A stretch of 63,883 bases of DNA, filler included, from Phoronis australis (taxonomy: Eukaryota; Animalia; Phoronida), in assembly GCA_002633005.1 (NCBI GenBank). It is 6 parts of 6 records of this genome, joined end to end, with 100 filler letters (N's around TTAATTAATTAA, not from the genome) between each part and the next. Parts side by side here need not be neighbours in the genome. Positions count along the whole stretch, not along the records: positions 1 to 29,781 come from NMRA01001292.1; 5 more parts are not named here. The stretch is one strand, 5' to 3'. This document shows, piece by piece, positions 1 through 12,650 of the stretch; position 1 is the first letter of the stretch; every line of letters begins with the position of its first letter. The position numbers were made by a program, and so were the translations under genes. The notes beneath the pieces were generated by a model. That model saw only the letters and a list, made by a program, of their open reading frames with translations, was not told where the DNA came from and did not search any database.

Positions 1-1021
1 AATGTCTCTTTCACATTTTGACAGTTTTGGTGGATTGTTTTAAAACCTCTTCGACCCCCACACACCTCGACCTCCTCGACCCACAGCCCCTCGACCCACC
101 ACTTACATAATACCCAAAGTTGGGTTCGGCTCCGTCTGGTTTTCGACTCACCTTCAGCTTCGTTGGGTCTTTACAACTGTACAAACAAGCACAAATAGTA
201 GTAGACAGGCACATGTTTCAGACGCACCGTAAAGAAAGAGAATATAATCGAAATAAGAACAATGTACTATTTTACAGTTGACAGCGATTACAGCTGGAGG
301 GAAGCGCTATATTATACGGAGACGACACGACTATACTCGTAAGCCAGACAGCGCCTGCCACGTTGTCCGCCAAATTGGCGGACGAAAGAAATGTAAAGAA
401 AAGCACGGTGGCATGATGGAAACCGGAAAATTTTTAGAATAATATTTGAAATTTTAATATTAACGAAGGTTTTAACATATTAGTAACATAAAGCAGTGTA
501 AATATGTGACCCACGCATTGCTTAAACTGTTTTATAAGCAAAAAGAGACCTGATGTGCGGAACCAGAGATTACACGAATGTGTTCGTCCGCTGTAACAAT
601 GTCTCATGCAACAAAACTCAAAATTTGAATTTATTACACCCAGACATCATTTGGCAAAGTGGGCAAAAAGGTCCGGCTCTGAACGTACCCCGTGAATCTT
701 AGTAAAAAGCCCATATTCTCAAAAAATTGAGCCCCCAATTTTTAGGCTACGTGGGGGCGTGGGTATGGGTTGTGTACCGCTGAAGTAAGTGGTGCGTCGC
801 CCATGCAAGATTACTTTTCAAAAGATGTAAAATACATAAAACGTCTTGAACGACAGTCCCATACCTGGAAATGAATAATTACAATAAAGAGATAACATCG
901 GCGAAAATATAGCATGAGTAATGATGAAATGCCCAACGGTTGACTGAGAATTACGCTGATTTTATATCAAACAACTTTTCAACAGTTGTTCGGAGCTCTT
1001 TCAGGTCAATTCTTTCTACTG

Positions 1022-1260
1022 TTAATAAAATAGTTGTTGAAATCGGCCAGCTATTTTCTGTTCATCAGTAATGTGTCCAGGTGACGTAGAGGTGATTAAC
1101 TGAAGGAGAACAGTTCTGGGAGATGAATTAGAAATATCGTTTTTGATGACTTGCCAAGTTTGGCGTACATCATTTTTATGCTGTTTGAACTGTTTTTCAT
1201 AGTGCAAACGTTTGGCTTCAGGAGGTGTGGTAGATTTTTAGATTTTGTTTTCCAAGAATT
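1022..1260 (-). pseudogene. Decayed non-LTR retrotransposon ORF2 fragment (CR1/L2-like, linker between endonuclease and RT)
   Basis: HYEKQFKQHKNDVRQTWQVIKN...ITDEQKIAGRFQQLF matches the typical 'YY..F...KN..K.TW..I...I.D...IAN.FN.FF' segment; frames are broken on both sides. Confidence 0.7.
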
Positions 1261-1526
1261 ACGTATAGACAAAACCAATGAAGGGTTCAACGTTATCAAG
1301 AGGTCACAAGAGGCCTCGAAAAGGAAATAAACAAACACATTTTCCATTATTCTCGAACATATTAAAACATAATCAACGTCTAAGGACTAAGACAGTGAAC
1401 AAGAACCTGATCCATCAATCAATCTTCATTTGGAAGTCACCATCTACATCTTGTTCACGTACAAACGCCCGTCAGAATACTGTACTTAAACATAAAATTT
1501 GGAGCATAGTGAGTACTCCTCATTAG

Positions 1527-1650
1527 CTATCTCGCGGCGAGAAAATCTAGACAAAATCACGTGCTCTCATCGAAAATACACGGCAATATCTTTGTAATGG
1601 CGCGAAGTCTTACTTTTCTAGCGAGGTCCTAGCTTACCGAACTCTACCCA
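1527..1650. repeat. Dispersed non-autonomous repeat; related copies at ~5105-5250 (inverted) and ~6925-7005
   Basis: AAAATCACGTGCTCTCAT...GCGAAGTCTTACTTTTCTAGCGAGGTCCTAGC is the near reverse complement of 5110-5190; the tail CTAGCG/CTAACGTTACTGAAC is shared between the ~5220 and ~6980 copies. Confidence 0.6.
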
Positions 1651-2047
1651 GATGTACGTAACGGACAATTTTCTCATCAGGCCAGATCTTGCCTAAGTAA
1701 AAAGCAGACGAACGTTCATGACACCTTATGAGTTATGAAGGAGTCTTTCGACAATTCTGTCAAGATCACTATTCACCTTTTTCACGAACGCGGGGCGCAA
1801 CTGTCGTCTTGATCGAAAACGAGGCTTCTTGACAAACATGGCATCGTCCTGCAAGAAGGTGGTGTGGTCAAGACTTGCAAGGTGTTGTGGTCAAAGGACT
1901 TATCAACGTTACCAAAAATCAAGTTGTCTGATGTTGAATCGATCTCCAAAAAATCCAATACTTACGGCAACTAGACTTTCACCCTCCTCAGCCATTCCTT
2001 AGTAGTTTTCCCTCTTTTGAAAAAAGTGTGGAAGTCAGGGATATACC

Positions 2048-3641
2048 CAGGCTTTCAGTCTTGAAAAACCCTGCTCGCCAGCTGGGCGAGTGCCGGAGCC
2101 AGAAAATCTACTCGCCAAGCCCGAAGTTCGGTCACCCGGCCGTTGGCGCCAGTCACCACAAACTTGCTGCTAATTTCAATAAAAATGATCGTTTCGTGCA
2201 CTGATGTCACCATTTATTAGGGCTACCGCATTCGCTCTAATAAGCGCCCAGGGGGACTCTTTTTGTAGCCTACGGCAGTTAAAACCTGGTCTCCGACTAA
2301 ACGGGTGAAATCGGAAGCTAGGATTCATCAAATTTACGCGCTGTGACGTATGTGTAACCTATGACAGACTAGCTACAAAACTGTGGTGCATTGCTATCAA
2401 ACTAACGATCTTTTTAAAAAAATGTGCTGAAATCCCAGGGCGAAAAGTTGCCGACTGATGCGTCGCTGCTTCGCGATCGTCGATAGGACAACTTGAATTC
2501 TTGAGTAAAAATAGTTTCGACTCAAATTACCTGAAATCTTCCCAAATNNNNNNNNNNNNNNNNNNNNNNNNNNNNNNNNNNNNNNNNNNNNNNNNNNNNN
2601 NNNNNNNNNNNNNNNNNNNNNNNNNNNNNTAATGTAGTATATTTATCTCATTGAGCAGGCCCACATCATTGTTATATGTGGGCCCTAGCGCGCGCTTCTT
2701 GGCCAAGTTTCGGATTCGCAATTTTTATAATTTTTCGCGTACAAAACAATCTGGATTCCTGTTGCGGTAGAAGATCTGTACGGGAAAGATACAATACCAA
2801 TCCCGTTGACCTGAGTACGCTGCGTCTGTTCTGATCAGGGCCAGACCATGTAGTGTGACACTTTCCTCGCAAGATCAGCAAATCTTTTGCGTTCTTAATT
2901 TTTGAAGCACTGCGGAATGGTTTGAAGTGTACAGCCACGGCTAAATACAGACATAGTGGCGAGGCTCGTGGTCTACTAGAAATTACGCGCACAATGATTT
3001 TTCAGAACTGTCGGATATTATTGATAAATTGAATACATTTACTGTAGATTTTTAAAACTGTGAGGTAAGACATTTTTCGCACTGATATACACACATTCAT
3101 GGACTGGGCGCTTATTTTAGCGAAGTCTGAAAACGAGTGGGGACGCTTATAGGGGCATGGGCGCTTGTTAGGACGAATGTTATAAAAATAATTTTGGCTA
3201 AAATGACATTGTACATTACAATAAGAAATCAGTTCCAAGAAATATGGTATTTTATTTGCTATGAGCACATGGACCGGTCTTCCACCTTTCTCCCCTTTTC
3301 TTCGTTTCGGACTAGTCCACAAATTCTTTATGCACGACCACACACTGTGTTTTTTGACGAATCGCGTAACGGGAGGTGACATGTACTGAATCGGTAGGGT
3401 CGCACTGCGCCGATGTTTTTTACTGCCGGAGCATCGACACGATGACCAAACTGAACCTTAAATTCATGATAAAAACAGCACAAGGAGGAGGAAAATTATT
3501 CATATTCATCTGGTAAACGATATATAGTGCTTTTGCGCTCTGAAATTCGCTCGCCACCGGGCGACCGGCAAGTCAACTTCTACTCGCCCAGCACCATTTT
3601 TACTCGCATTGGCGACTGGGCGAGTGGCTAAGCATATCCCT
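2048..3641. mobile_element. Possible hAT-type non-autonomous element with CAGG...CCCTG ends and CTCGCC/GGCGAG subterminal motifs
   Basis: Both ends carry clustered TACTCGCC / CTGGGCGAGTG motifs (2070-2120 and 3548-3630). No clean TSD was found and there is an internal N gap. Confidence 0.35.
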
Positions 3642-6600
3642 GGGAAGGATACCGACGAGATATTACTGGAATTGGTACGTTCAGGCACTGCACAGTACAC
3701 CATGGCCAGCTGATCATCAGCCTGATGATCACTCAAGAGGTTTTATCAGTGTGCCTCGTTTTCGATCATTATTTAAAGATGGCGCGGTAAGATGGCGCTT
3801 TCGTGAAATAGGTGAATACTTGCCTTATGGTATTGCTGTGACGAAGTTGGCCATTTCTGGTACATGTAGATAGGTAAGCACCACTCTCATTGGTTAATGT
3901 CTGGAAAATGCGGTTTATAAAGCCAATGGAAAGAAGGGTTACATGCAGAAAACAACATTGGTACTGCGTAGACATAATGTAGTAGTTTTGCACTAAATCT
4001 GCAATTAGATACCTGTGGTTCGATTCCCAGTTGGAGATCCAGATTTTTCTGTGAATATTTGATAAATTAGTACATGCACGTGGTAGATGCATGTGGTTCC
4101 TCAAAAGGTTTAATAACTTTTGAGAAACCATATGCATCTCGAGTTGTCCCTGTATTGTGGCCGATGGAGACCTTTGAGCAGAAATACTAAACCAAGGTTG
4201 TGATGAGTATGCAGCATGCAAAATAAAACTGGACAGAGCAAGAGTGAACTTCTTTTTAGTGCTTTGTCAATGACTCCCAGATTTTTCGCAGAACTCTTTT
4301 CACGGAATTTGTCTTTGAAAGATCATTTAGTTGAGCTACCGCCGACATGGCGTTAGCAGCGTGGTTCACAAGTTGCAGCAACGAGATGGCATCGTTAGTT
4401 GTCGTTACACATTCACTAAGCTATACAACAGGTACAAGTATCTTTAGAACACACAGTGGTTGTAATGAAGACAAGCAACCGGGACTTATTACAGTAAATT
4501 GACACCATTTTAACGATATTTTATGGACGTGAAAATAAATCACCTCAAATACAAGTCACAAGTCAAATAGATTGACCGACATATCATTATTACCCCGGAT
4601 AGCCTTGTTTTGCAAATTTATTGCATTACATTTTCAAGTTTATTTCTCGTAAAGATCACCAATCCATTTCAACAGAACTCTTATGGCACATGGTATCGTA
4701 AGTTAACAAATACATTTACAATAATCATATATTATCCATGATCGCATTTCTTCCCTCTTTTGCATTCCATGTTTTCTTTGTAATACTTTGGACAATTAAA
4801 AAAGACGAATGAAACATCCAATGTTAATATTTCTAATGTTTTAAGATAAGCATATCTGGCGGATGTCTGTATAAAGTGGGACTTGCAGTAGCATGTATTT
4901 CATTTTTTATCCTTGTCATATGTCTATCTTAATGTATGACCTCCATTGACCATTATTGTGAGCTGAAGTGAACAAACGCGCGAATACAACCTTATCCCAG
5001 ACAAGTAATTAACTTTTTTATAACTACAGGCAAGTTTTTCATATCTACAGGTAAGTTGTTTTTGCATAATATTTGCACACCAAGACCTGCCTCCCGTTTT
5101 GTAACGCGTTAGGACCTCGCTAAAAAGCAAGACTTCGCGAGATTACGTGAGATATTTCCGCGTGTTTTGAATGAGATCACGTGATTTTGGCTTGATTTTA
5201 GCTAGGTCCTAGCTTACGTCCTAACGTTACTGAACGCACGCCTGGTTTGCGTGGAAAATCTGGGAAATAGCTTTACTGGTCCAACTCGTGACAGCTCTGT
5301 CGGAACTCGTTTACAAACTGCAATTCTTTAGTTCCACACCAGGATTTGTCCGAACAGAACTGTAACATGATATAAGTATTGAAGTCCTACTGCTTGCCCA
5401 CTTGTTCTACAAGCTCGAAATTGAATATCATAGCGAATTTCAATTATTTGCATGATAACGCTTCATAAGTTTTAGCCACTACGTGACTACAGGTGTATTC
5501 TGGATTATATTTCCGCGAGCTGCATCATTTCAAAAATGTTACACACCATTTCTATTTTAGGATGAAAAGAAATCCCCAAATTTAACATTCATGCATGAGG
5601 CTAGGTAAATCGTCGAGTCGGCAATTTTCATATTTCGATTTCCTTGCATATTAAGTTAGACATGAAAGCCAAAAACGAAAGTTAGCTCAGGTCTCTACCC
5701 CTTCTCAGTTTGAACCTGCGCTCACAGAATATAAATCCACCACCAGTATCAATTTTAGCCTAGACCTAGTGCTTTTTTGAAAATCTGAATAGAGGCATAT
5801 CGGCAATTATTGAAACTCCTGGTGATGATTTTCTAAAAGCCATGCAAATTGGAAAACAAATCCCGCACTATTTTCGCTCCTCTCTGTCGGATGGATTTTA
5901 CTGAAAAGGTGAACAACAGAAAATGAATCGTCACCGATTGTCAAGAACAGACTGGAACCAACCATGGTTTTTGGACAATCGTGACTTTTTAAAACTAGAA
6001 TTTGACATATCTTGGCTGCAAAAGTTTCCTAATTTTTGACGGAGAAAGGAAACTTTGAGGACTACTTCTGTTCTTTGGCCAAAAATTGACCTCTTTCGTT
6101 CCTGTCTTAAATATCCACGATATCTGAAGGAAAACATCTTGTGGTTGCTATTGGCGTTTTAACGACAAATATTTATAAGTGTTTTCATCACTATAACTAT
6201 TTCTACAACACATCAATGTCGTCTGCAAACAATGGACACTATATATTAATGGAACCATTATTCACTGTTAAACGTCGGGTACTACTCTGTACCATTTCCA
6301 AGTCATTTAATATAGAAAAAACAAAACGAGATATTTGACAGCCCTGACCCATGTGTCACTATTGTGTGGTATGCAAGATTGAGCATTTCCATAAATAGAT
6401 TATAAAACATAGATTTTACCAGTTATACCATATTTTATCATTTTAGAGCTCAGACAATGTCACCCTATCCACCCAAATGCTTTTTGGAAGTCAACGAAAC
6501 GGCATTAAAATGTACCCCTATTTCTTGAAACGTATTCCTTCATCAGTGTGTTTAAAACACACATGTTGTCCATCGTGCAACATCCGTTGAAGAATCATAC

Positions 6601-7699
6601 TTGACTTAACTGATTATATCGAATTCCAAAACAAATCCACATGGAACGGGTGTTGCGGCCTTCACAAGTAAATAATGAAAATGGAACATTTGCGATCAAA
6701 ACCGAATGAATTATTTTTGACATTTTCAGTTCTTCGTTGCCTTCGTTGATTGTGCACATAATGGCAATTTTGCCGAAAACGAGTGACATGCGCAGAGGGT
6801 TGGTTGTTCGAGAGCTGGATAAGCACTGCCAGTAGACCTAAATGTGGGATAGAGATTGAGTTTAGTAATTGTCTTAAGACGAGAAAAGACTAGCTAAAGT
6901 CACATGTGCTTTCATTGAAAATATACACAGATATCTCGCGAGATCTAGCAAGATTTTGTATTTCTAGCGAGATACTAGCGTTACTGAACTATACCCTAGA
7001 CTCGTATCTCCCAGATATATGGTGTGCTGCCAGCCTTTCTACATTGTGTGTGATTTATAGCGATGTGAGTACATGCTTGGATTTGTGGAATCCTTTCTAA
7101 TTATTTAACAAGCATCTGTGTATGAATGTCGAGTGCTTTTCTACAACCGAAAACTTCCATTTCTCTGTACCCACCTCTCGATTCTAAGCCATCGCCTATG
7201 TTTAGCTTGGCCACGCTTTTGTAGTCCAATACTTAAGTGTTTAATGTGAATTGACCTTTTGCACATATGGTCAACAACCTCANACGAAAAATGCATAACG
7301 CATTTTCCGTCGTCTATTTCCCTGATACTGCTGATTCTGATTTCAGCAAACTAAAGGGTTTCATAATTTGACGGTAATTTGGCCGTATTTTGCACGCGCA
7401 TTAAAATTTCGCAGAAATGTTTCCCTAAAGTTCAAACCGTAAATTCTGATAGAAAAACCAAGATTTCAACCAGTGACGGTTATTACAACTGATTTCACAG
7501 CGACTAGTTTGCGAATTGTAGTGCAATATTATTAATATTAAGTACAATAATAGTAATTACGTGTATCATTAAGATATAAATAATAATTATAATACTTGTC
7601 TTAATGTAAGAGTCTGTTACAATAAAGAATTGTAATGAAATGAAAAGTCTGGTCAGCACTCCAGCTATGGCCGCATCACACGACCTATGTCTGAAAACA

Positions 7700-7787
7700 C
7701 TTCTCCACAAACCAGGATTCGAACACTTGACCTTCTGCTACAAATGTAACTGTGCAAACGCTCTAGTCCACTGAGCCAATGGGGCCC
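7700..7787 (-). mobile_element. tRNA-derived SINE head with Pol III A and B boxes
   Basis: Minus strand reads GGCCCCATTGGCTCAGTGG (A box) ... GTTCGAATCC (B box); no acceptor-stem pairing, so not a tRNA gene. Confidence 0.65.
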
Positions 7788-8074
7788 AGGTCGAATAGAG
7801 AAATCCAATCAGATTTAGTAATGGGTATATCGCCCTTGAACTCCTGAGTGCTTATGATATATACATGTACATGAACACGTAAAATAAATTTATGGAATAC
7901 ATGAAAAAATAATCATAACAGAATCGGCAATAGTATGAATAATATTCATATAAACAATGACAATTTCAACAATGACTGGCTTTTCTTTATAAGTAATCGG
8001 TCATTCTGATTACTTTTACCAATATGTAGTTCAGAGATTTGATGGTCCTAAGGTGAGCTCGAGGCAATCTTTAA

Positions 8075-9482
8075 AGGAGGAAGCAACATTTTCATGTCAT
8101 TTTTAGTAAAAATATGTTTTGTTGATTATCCTGGACATATGTTTTAGTTCATTACGGCTTCCAGTAATTTCATTTAGTACTCGTGCCCTACTCCGGAAGT
8201 GACGTTTAGGGGATTTTGAATTTCCCTCCATTTTGTTCCTGCGTTCAAGTTTACTGTGAGGATCTGTGCCAATGTTGGTTTCGTGCTGGTTTCCTAAAAC
8301 TGTCGTCACCACTTCTCATTGACGAGAGCGACGGCAATGACAGAAAACATTTCTCATAGGAGTGGTGACGAGGAAGTTTTTCACGAACAGTGAGTGGGTG
8401 GGCCTGAGTATAGTGAAGCAGCATACGGGCAGACACGTGTTGAGAGGGATGAGACAGAGATTGAGGACAGACGTGATGGGGCCTCTTGGTGTAAATGCAC
8501 GGTGTGTACTGTTATGCTGACCTCAATGGAAGGCCTGGCTGTTCCAACTGGAACTGCTTATATCCAGCCATGTGACTGCATCGCCACACCTTTGGCACTT
8601 TCTAACTATACTTTAGTCAAGCCTGTAAAAACTTATCGAGGATTGGCTCATCGGCCTGTTCACAGGACGACGAACTGGTCTCCTCACCAACTGAACCTGT
8701 ATTCACTCCCACTACTCAACATCGTTGCCGGGTTGTTTACAAGCTCTGGGCAGGAGACAACACCAGCACAGGGAAATTCGCTGCTAGTTCCGGAATTGCA
8801 TGCTCTGGGGGTACGTTTGGAGGCCTGGTTGACAGTAGATGAAGTGACTCCAGTCACTGTAGAGTCCACAGCTCGCGAGGCTCCTCGCTTCAAAAATACA
8901 CTCCTCGGGGGTAGCGACGGGGAACAGCCGGGAATCAACAACGCGTTGCTTCGAATGACTTTCATCAATTCCGTGTACACATATCTTTCGTAATCCGACG
9001 ACAGAAGATGATTGCCAAACACTCGGTAATTCTCCACTGCTTTTTACGGGTAACTATGCGTTCGTCGTACGAAAAAGCCAAGTACGAAGGAGTGTGTCAT
9101 CTTTCGGAAAGCCATGTACTGGCATACATGTATGCATACCCAACATTCGCGTGAGACGATAATGAGTATACCCCGGTACGACGATAATGAGTACACCCAG
9201 GTACGCAGCAACTGTGTGGCATGTTGACTGACTCGCAAACAAACGCAAACCACGACCCAGCATATAACAATCATGGTAAAAATTGACTGATTTGACAGCT
9301 CACACAGTCAGACTATATGATAACAAAATGGCGGGGAATTCTTAACCACCTCAATGTCACTTCCGGAGTAAGACACAACTAATTAATAAATTACAGGAAG
9401 CCGTTGTTAACTGAAAACATGTCTGAGATAATCAACGAACTGTATTTTTAATAAAAATGACATGAAAAAGGTTGCCTTCTCC
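8075..9482. mobile_element. Kolobok-like DNA transposon, internally deleted, with long imperfect TIRs; THAP remnant on minus strand and KolX-like remnant on plus strand
   Basis: Left end TTAA|AGGAGGAAGCAAC, right end GTTGCCTTCTCC|ATAA; 8075-8205 is an imperfect inverted copy of 9355-9482. Minus strand: GFPKDDTLLRTW...RVFGNHLLSSDYER...LLIPGCSPSL (degenerate THAP). Plus strand: PEYS...DGASWCKCTVCTVMLTSME (Cys-rich KolX / P2X7-ballast-like start). Confidence 0.72.
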
Positions 9483-12117
9483 ATAACTTACATGTACAAC
9501 AATTGTTCGATGCAACCTTGCTCTAAGGTGACGTTTATTTCGAATTAGCAAACTTATGTACTTTGTGAAGGAGACGATAATTGAAAGGAACCTTAAGATA
9601 TGGCCTCAACTAAGTCACCCCAGGTGAGTAGTTTACATGGCACCTAAAGATTCACAACCAACTTTCAAGATCATGCAGTAATCGGCAAGAGAAAAAAATT
9701 ACTTCATATACTCCATTTGATATTTCCATTGTTTAACTCTCGTGTATTCGAAATGTTTACATTTTACATACATTTCAATTCAGAAAGGGTATGTGTTATT
9801 TACACAAGTTGTTCATTTCTCCATGCCTCGGAAACGGAAAGAAACATCGGACGTTTGCACTACAGCTCTGAATATTGATATGAAACGACGACACATTTTG
9901 AGTCCAGTTTTATCTTCCCTTCAAACGGGCTTTCAAAAGAATGCCTAGGTTTACAGGCATGGCGTTGATGATAGTAGAGATTTGAACTATCATGAAAAAA
10001 TACATCACCCTTACAAAAATGCACTTAGGTTTTAATCGAAAAATTGAAGTCAGAAAACTTAAGTTTTCAGCAAAAACGTAAGTATTTTGTAACAAGATTT
10101 TGGAACACATTTGATTTTTCTAAAACTTGAGTTGTAAAAACGCAAGTTTGTTCCAAATAAACTTGTTCCAAAATACTTAAGTTTTGAAAAAAACAGCGGT
10201 TTTGAGGTAAAAAGATTTCACTAAAATCGACAGAGGAGTTATTTTGGTGTGATTGTACCCTTCTTACAAAGGAGAATTTGACTTACAACAGGAGTTGACG
10301 TAATAGTAACAATGGCACATGGATACAAAACACAATTCTATAATCCCTAGTCTTCTTTCTTTCACTTTTACTAGTTGACAGACCTTGTTTTTTGATGCAT
10401 GAGCTAGAATGGAGGCCACTAAATAAGGTTAGGGATAACCTTTAGGACAGAAGATGTCCGACAAAACCGTCAGATCACTTCCAATGAAGCTCACCTAAGC
10501 ATTGGTCAGGCCGACTTAAAAAGCGGTTTTCATAGTATAAATTCGACGCGGCAGACCCAGACGGTGCTGTAATCCGGAACAATTATGAAACATTACACAA
10601 ATCGAAGTTTTCACAAAGTTACATCATTCTGCAACTTTTATTGCTGGGCCCGGCCCTCGGTCCTTTAAAACCTGGTGAACGATGTAAATTCCTAACAAAA
10701 CTTGCCTTGAACTAAGGTTAATGTGTTTACGTTGCTTTTTATGATTATTCTACTGAGTACTACAGGTGGTATCTGGGACATTGTCGTTTGATTGTACATG
10801 TAATATGCTAAGCAGCAAATATCTGTTATAGAGTAACTCATGGACAGTAAGTCGGCAAACGGGTATCAGACCATTCTTGTAAATACAATTAAACCTGGTA
10901 AATCTATTTGAAATAATGTGAATCTTGCACAGAAATTGTAGTTGTGACAATAAAAGATCAGTTAATTGGAGAACGACTACCAAGAATGTTGACGCTTAGA
11001 CACCGATTAAGTATTGGATCGTGTGGTTTTTGATGAACATGACCAAATGTCTTACCTGTAAACAGAGGTTTGGAAATTCCACCGTTCAAAGAGGAGTTAA
11101 CGGCACCACCCTACGGGAAACTTGCTCGGCGTTTTGCCAGTGGCGCCACCAGTGAGCATGTGATGAACTGTTTTGTTATGCCTCTTACCGGCCCGCAGAA
11201 ACCGGTTGTAATCGCCAACCGAAGAATTTGAATCGAGTCTTCCCAGGCAGGGTAGAATTCCTCACAAATGAAATTTTAATGAAGTTATAGCTCTGCGCAA
11301 ATAGTGTTCATTTCAATCAAGAAAAATGCTACATAGAAGGTTTTAGGATTTGTTCCCATAACAAGTTTTGAAATGTGTCGTTCTAAAAAATGTAACCAAT
11401 AAAACACGTGGACATCTTTTTTAATCCTTGCGGCATCTCTATGAAACTTGCCCTCGCTGAAAAATTACAGTTAGATTTATATTACAATGCCAAAATCTAT
11501 GGTTGAAGGTTGCTTCGCCACTAATACAAGAATTTCGTCATGGTAGACATATTTCGCAATAGGTAATCATGGACGTTCTAGGATACCTTGTGCGCTAACC
11601 AGTTCAGTTATCTGTCTGCAGTCAAGACTGTGGCTTGACCGAAGAAAACGTCGAGTCGTGCTCAAACTGCTTACCAATAAGTGCATTGAAAAAACCGGGT
11701 GTGCTATTTTTGTACTAGGCAGCGTATACATGAGCGTTTCCGAAGACTGTGGATCGTATACTGTGTAATTGAACTTTTGCTAAAACTTCTCCCTATGCGT
11801 CGCCAGCAGAATAAATACCAAAATGTCAACTTATTTTCCACATGAACATGCTTTTAGTAATTTTTGACGTTCGTGTGTATGATGTACTGTCGACTTACTC
11901 AACTCTATGACGTAAAAACTTGCAATCCCGTTAGTCATTCCCATTAGTTCCTTTAGCTTAAAGTTGCGTTATCTCCATAAAAATAGCAATAATAACCTTG
12001 TGAAAATTTATAAAATCTAGTTTATGTCCTAAACATTTCAAAAGGAACCTAAAAAGATAAGCAATATTCCAGCTCAAATATAAGAGATGACTTCCAAATG
12101 CATTGTCCGTAGACCTT

Positions 12118-12210
12118 TATAATAATAATTATAACAATAATAATAAGAATAACAATAATAATAATAACAATAATAATAATAATAATAATAATAACAAGAA
12201 TAATAATAAT
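12118..12210. repeat. (AAT)n microsatellite with AAC/AAG interruptions
   Basis: Direct reading of the sequence. Confidence 0.95.
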
Positions 12211-12434
12211 TTTATTTATAGAGAATAAAAAACATGTTAAGAGTAAAACTTATCTACCACATAATAATTGACCTATCGCCAGGATTATGACGGACGGCTT
12301 TAATTGACCAATCAGAACGCAGCATTCTTGGCACACCTTCGTCTGCGTTTCCAAGTCGCCATTTTACCCGACAAACCACACGCAGTCGAGTAAAGCTTAC
12401 TTTAGTCTATAGCTCAAGAAATTGTCCGCTAAGA

Positions 12435-12650
12435 ATGGGGAAACGGTGTTGATATGACGTGTGTAGCACCGACAGCCGTTATGCTGCTTCAGAATAATAT
12501 CCCGTCATTTTTGGCACGTCCTAAGCCGAAAAATGATGTTGAAAAGCGTAAACTATGGATCAAACTGTAAGGCCACACGAGCACCTGAACTTAGCGATGT
12601 TGCTTGATAACTCGAAGGCTATAATAAACACAAATATATTAGTTCCAAGA
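12435..12650 (+). pseudogene. Degenerate THAP zinc-finger of a DNA transposon
   Basis: MGKRC*YDVCSTDSRY...PKPKNDVEKRKLWIKL-RPHEHLNL matches the invertebrate THAP pattern 'M.KRC..G.C..DSRY...FPKPK...EK...WI..C.RPH..LN'; contains stops and frameshifts. Confidence 0.65.

Noticed and set aside
3769-4221. 150-aa minus-strand ORF
   Set aside because: No recognisable domain, non-ATG start and no splice support.
7700-7787. Functional tRNA gene
   Set aside because: A and B boxes are present but no acceptor stem or cloverleaf; better explained as a SINE head.
8394-8993. 199-aa ORF as a host gene
   Set aside because: Lies within a TIR-bounded element; only the first ~45 aa resemble KolX and the rest overlaps the antisense THAP relic.
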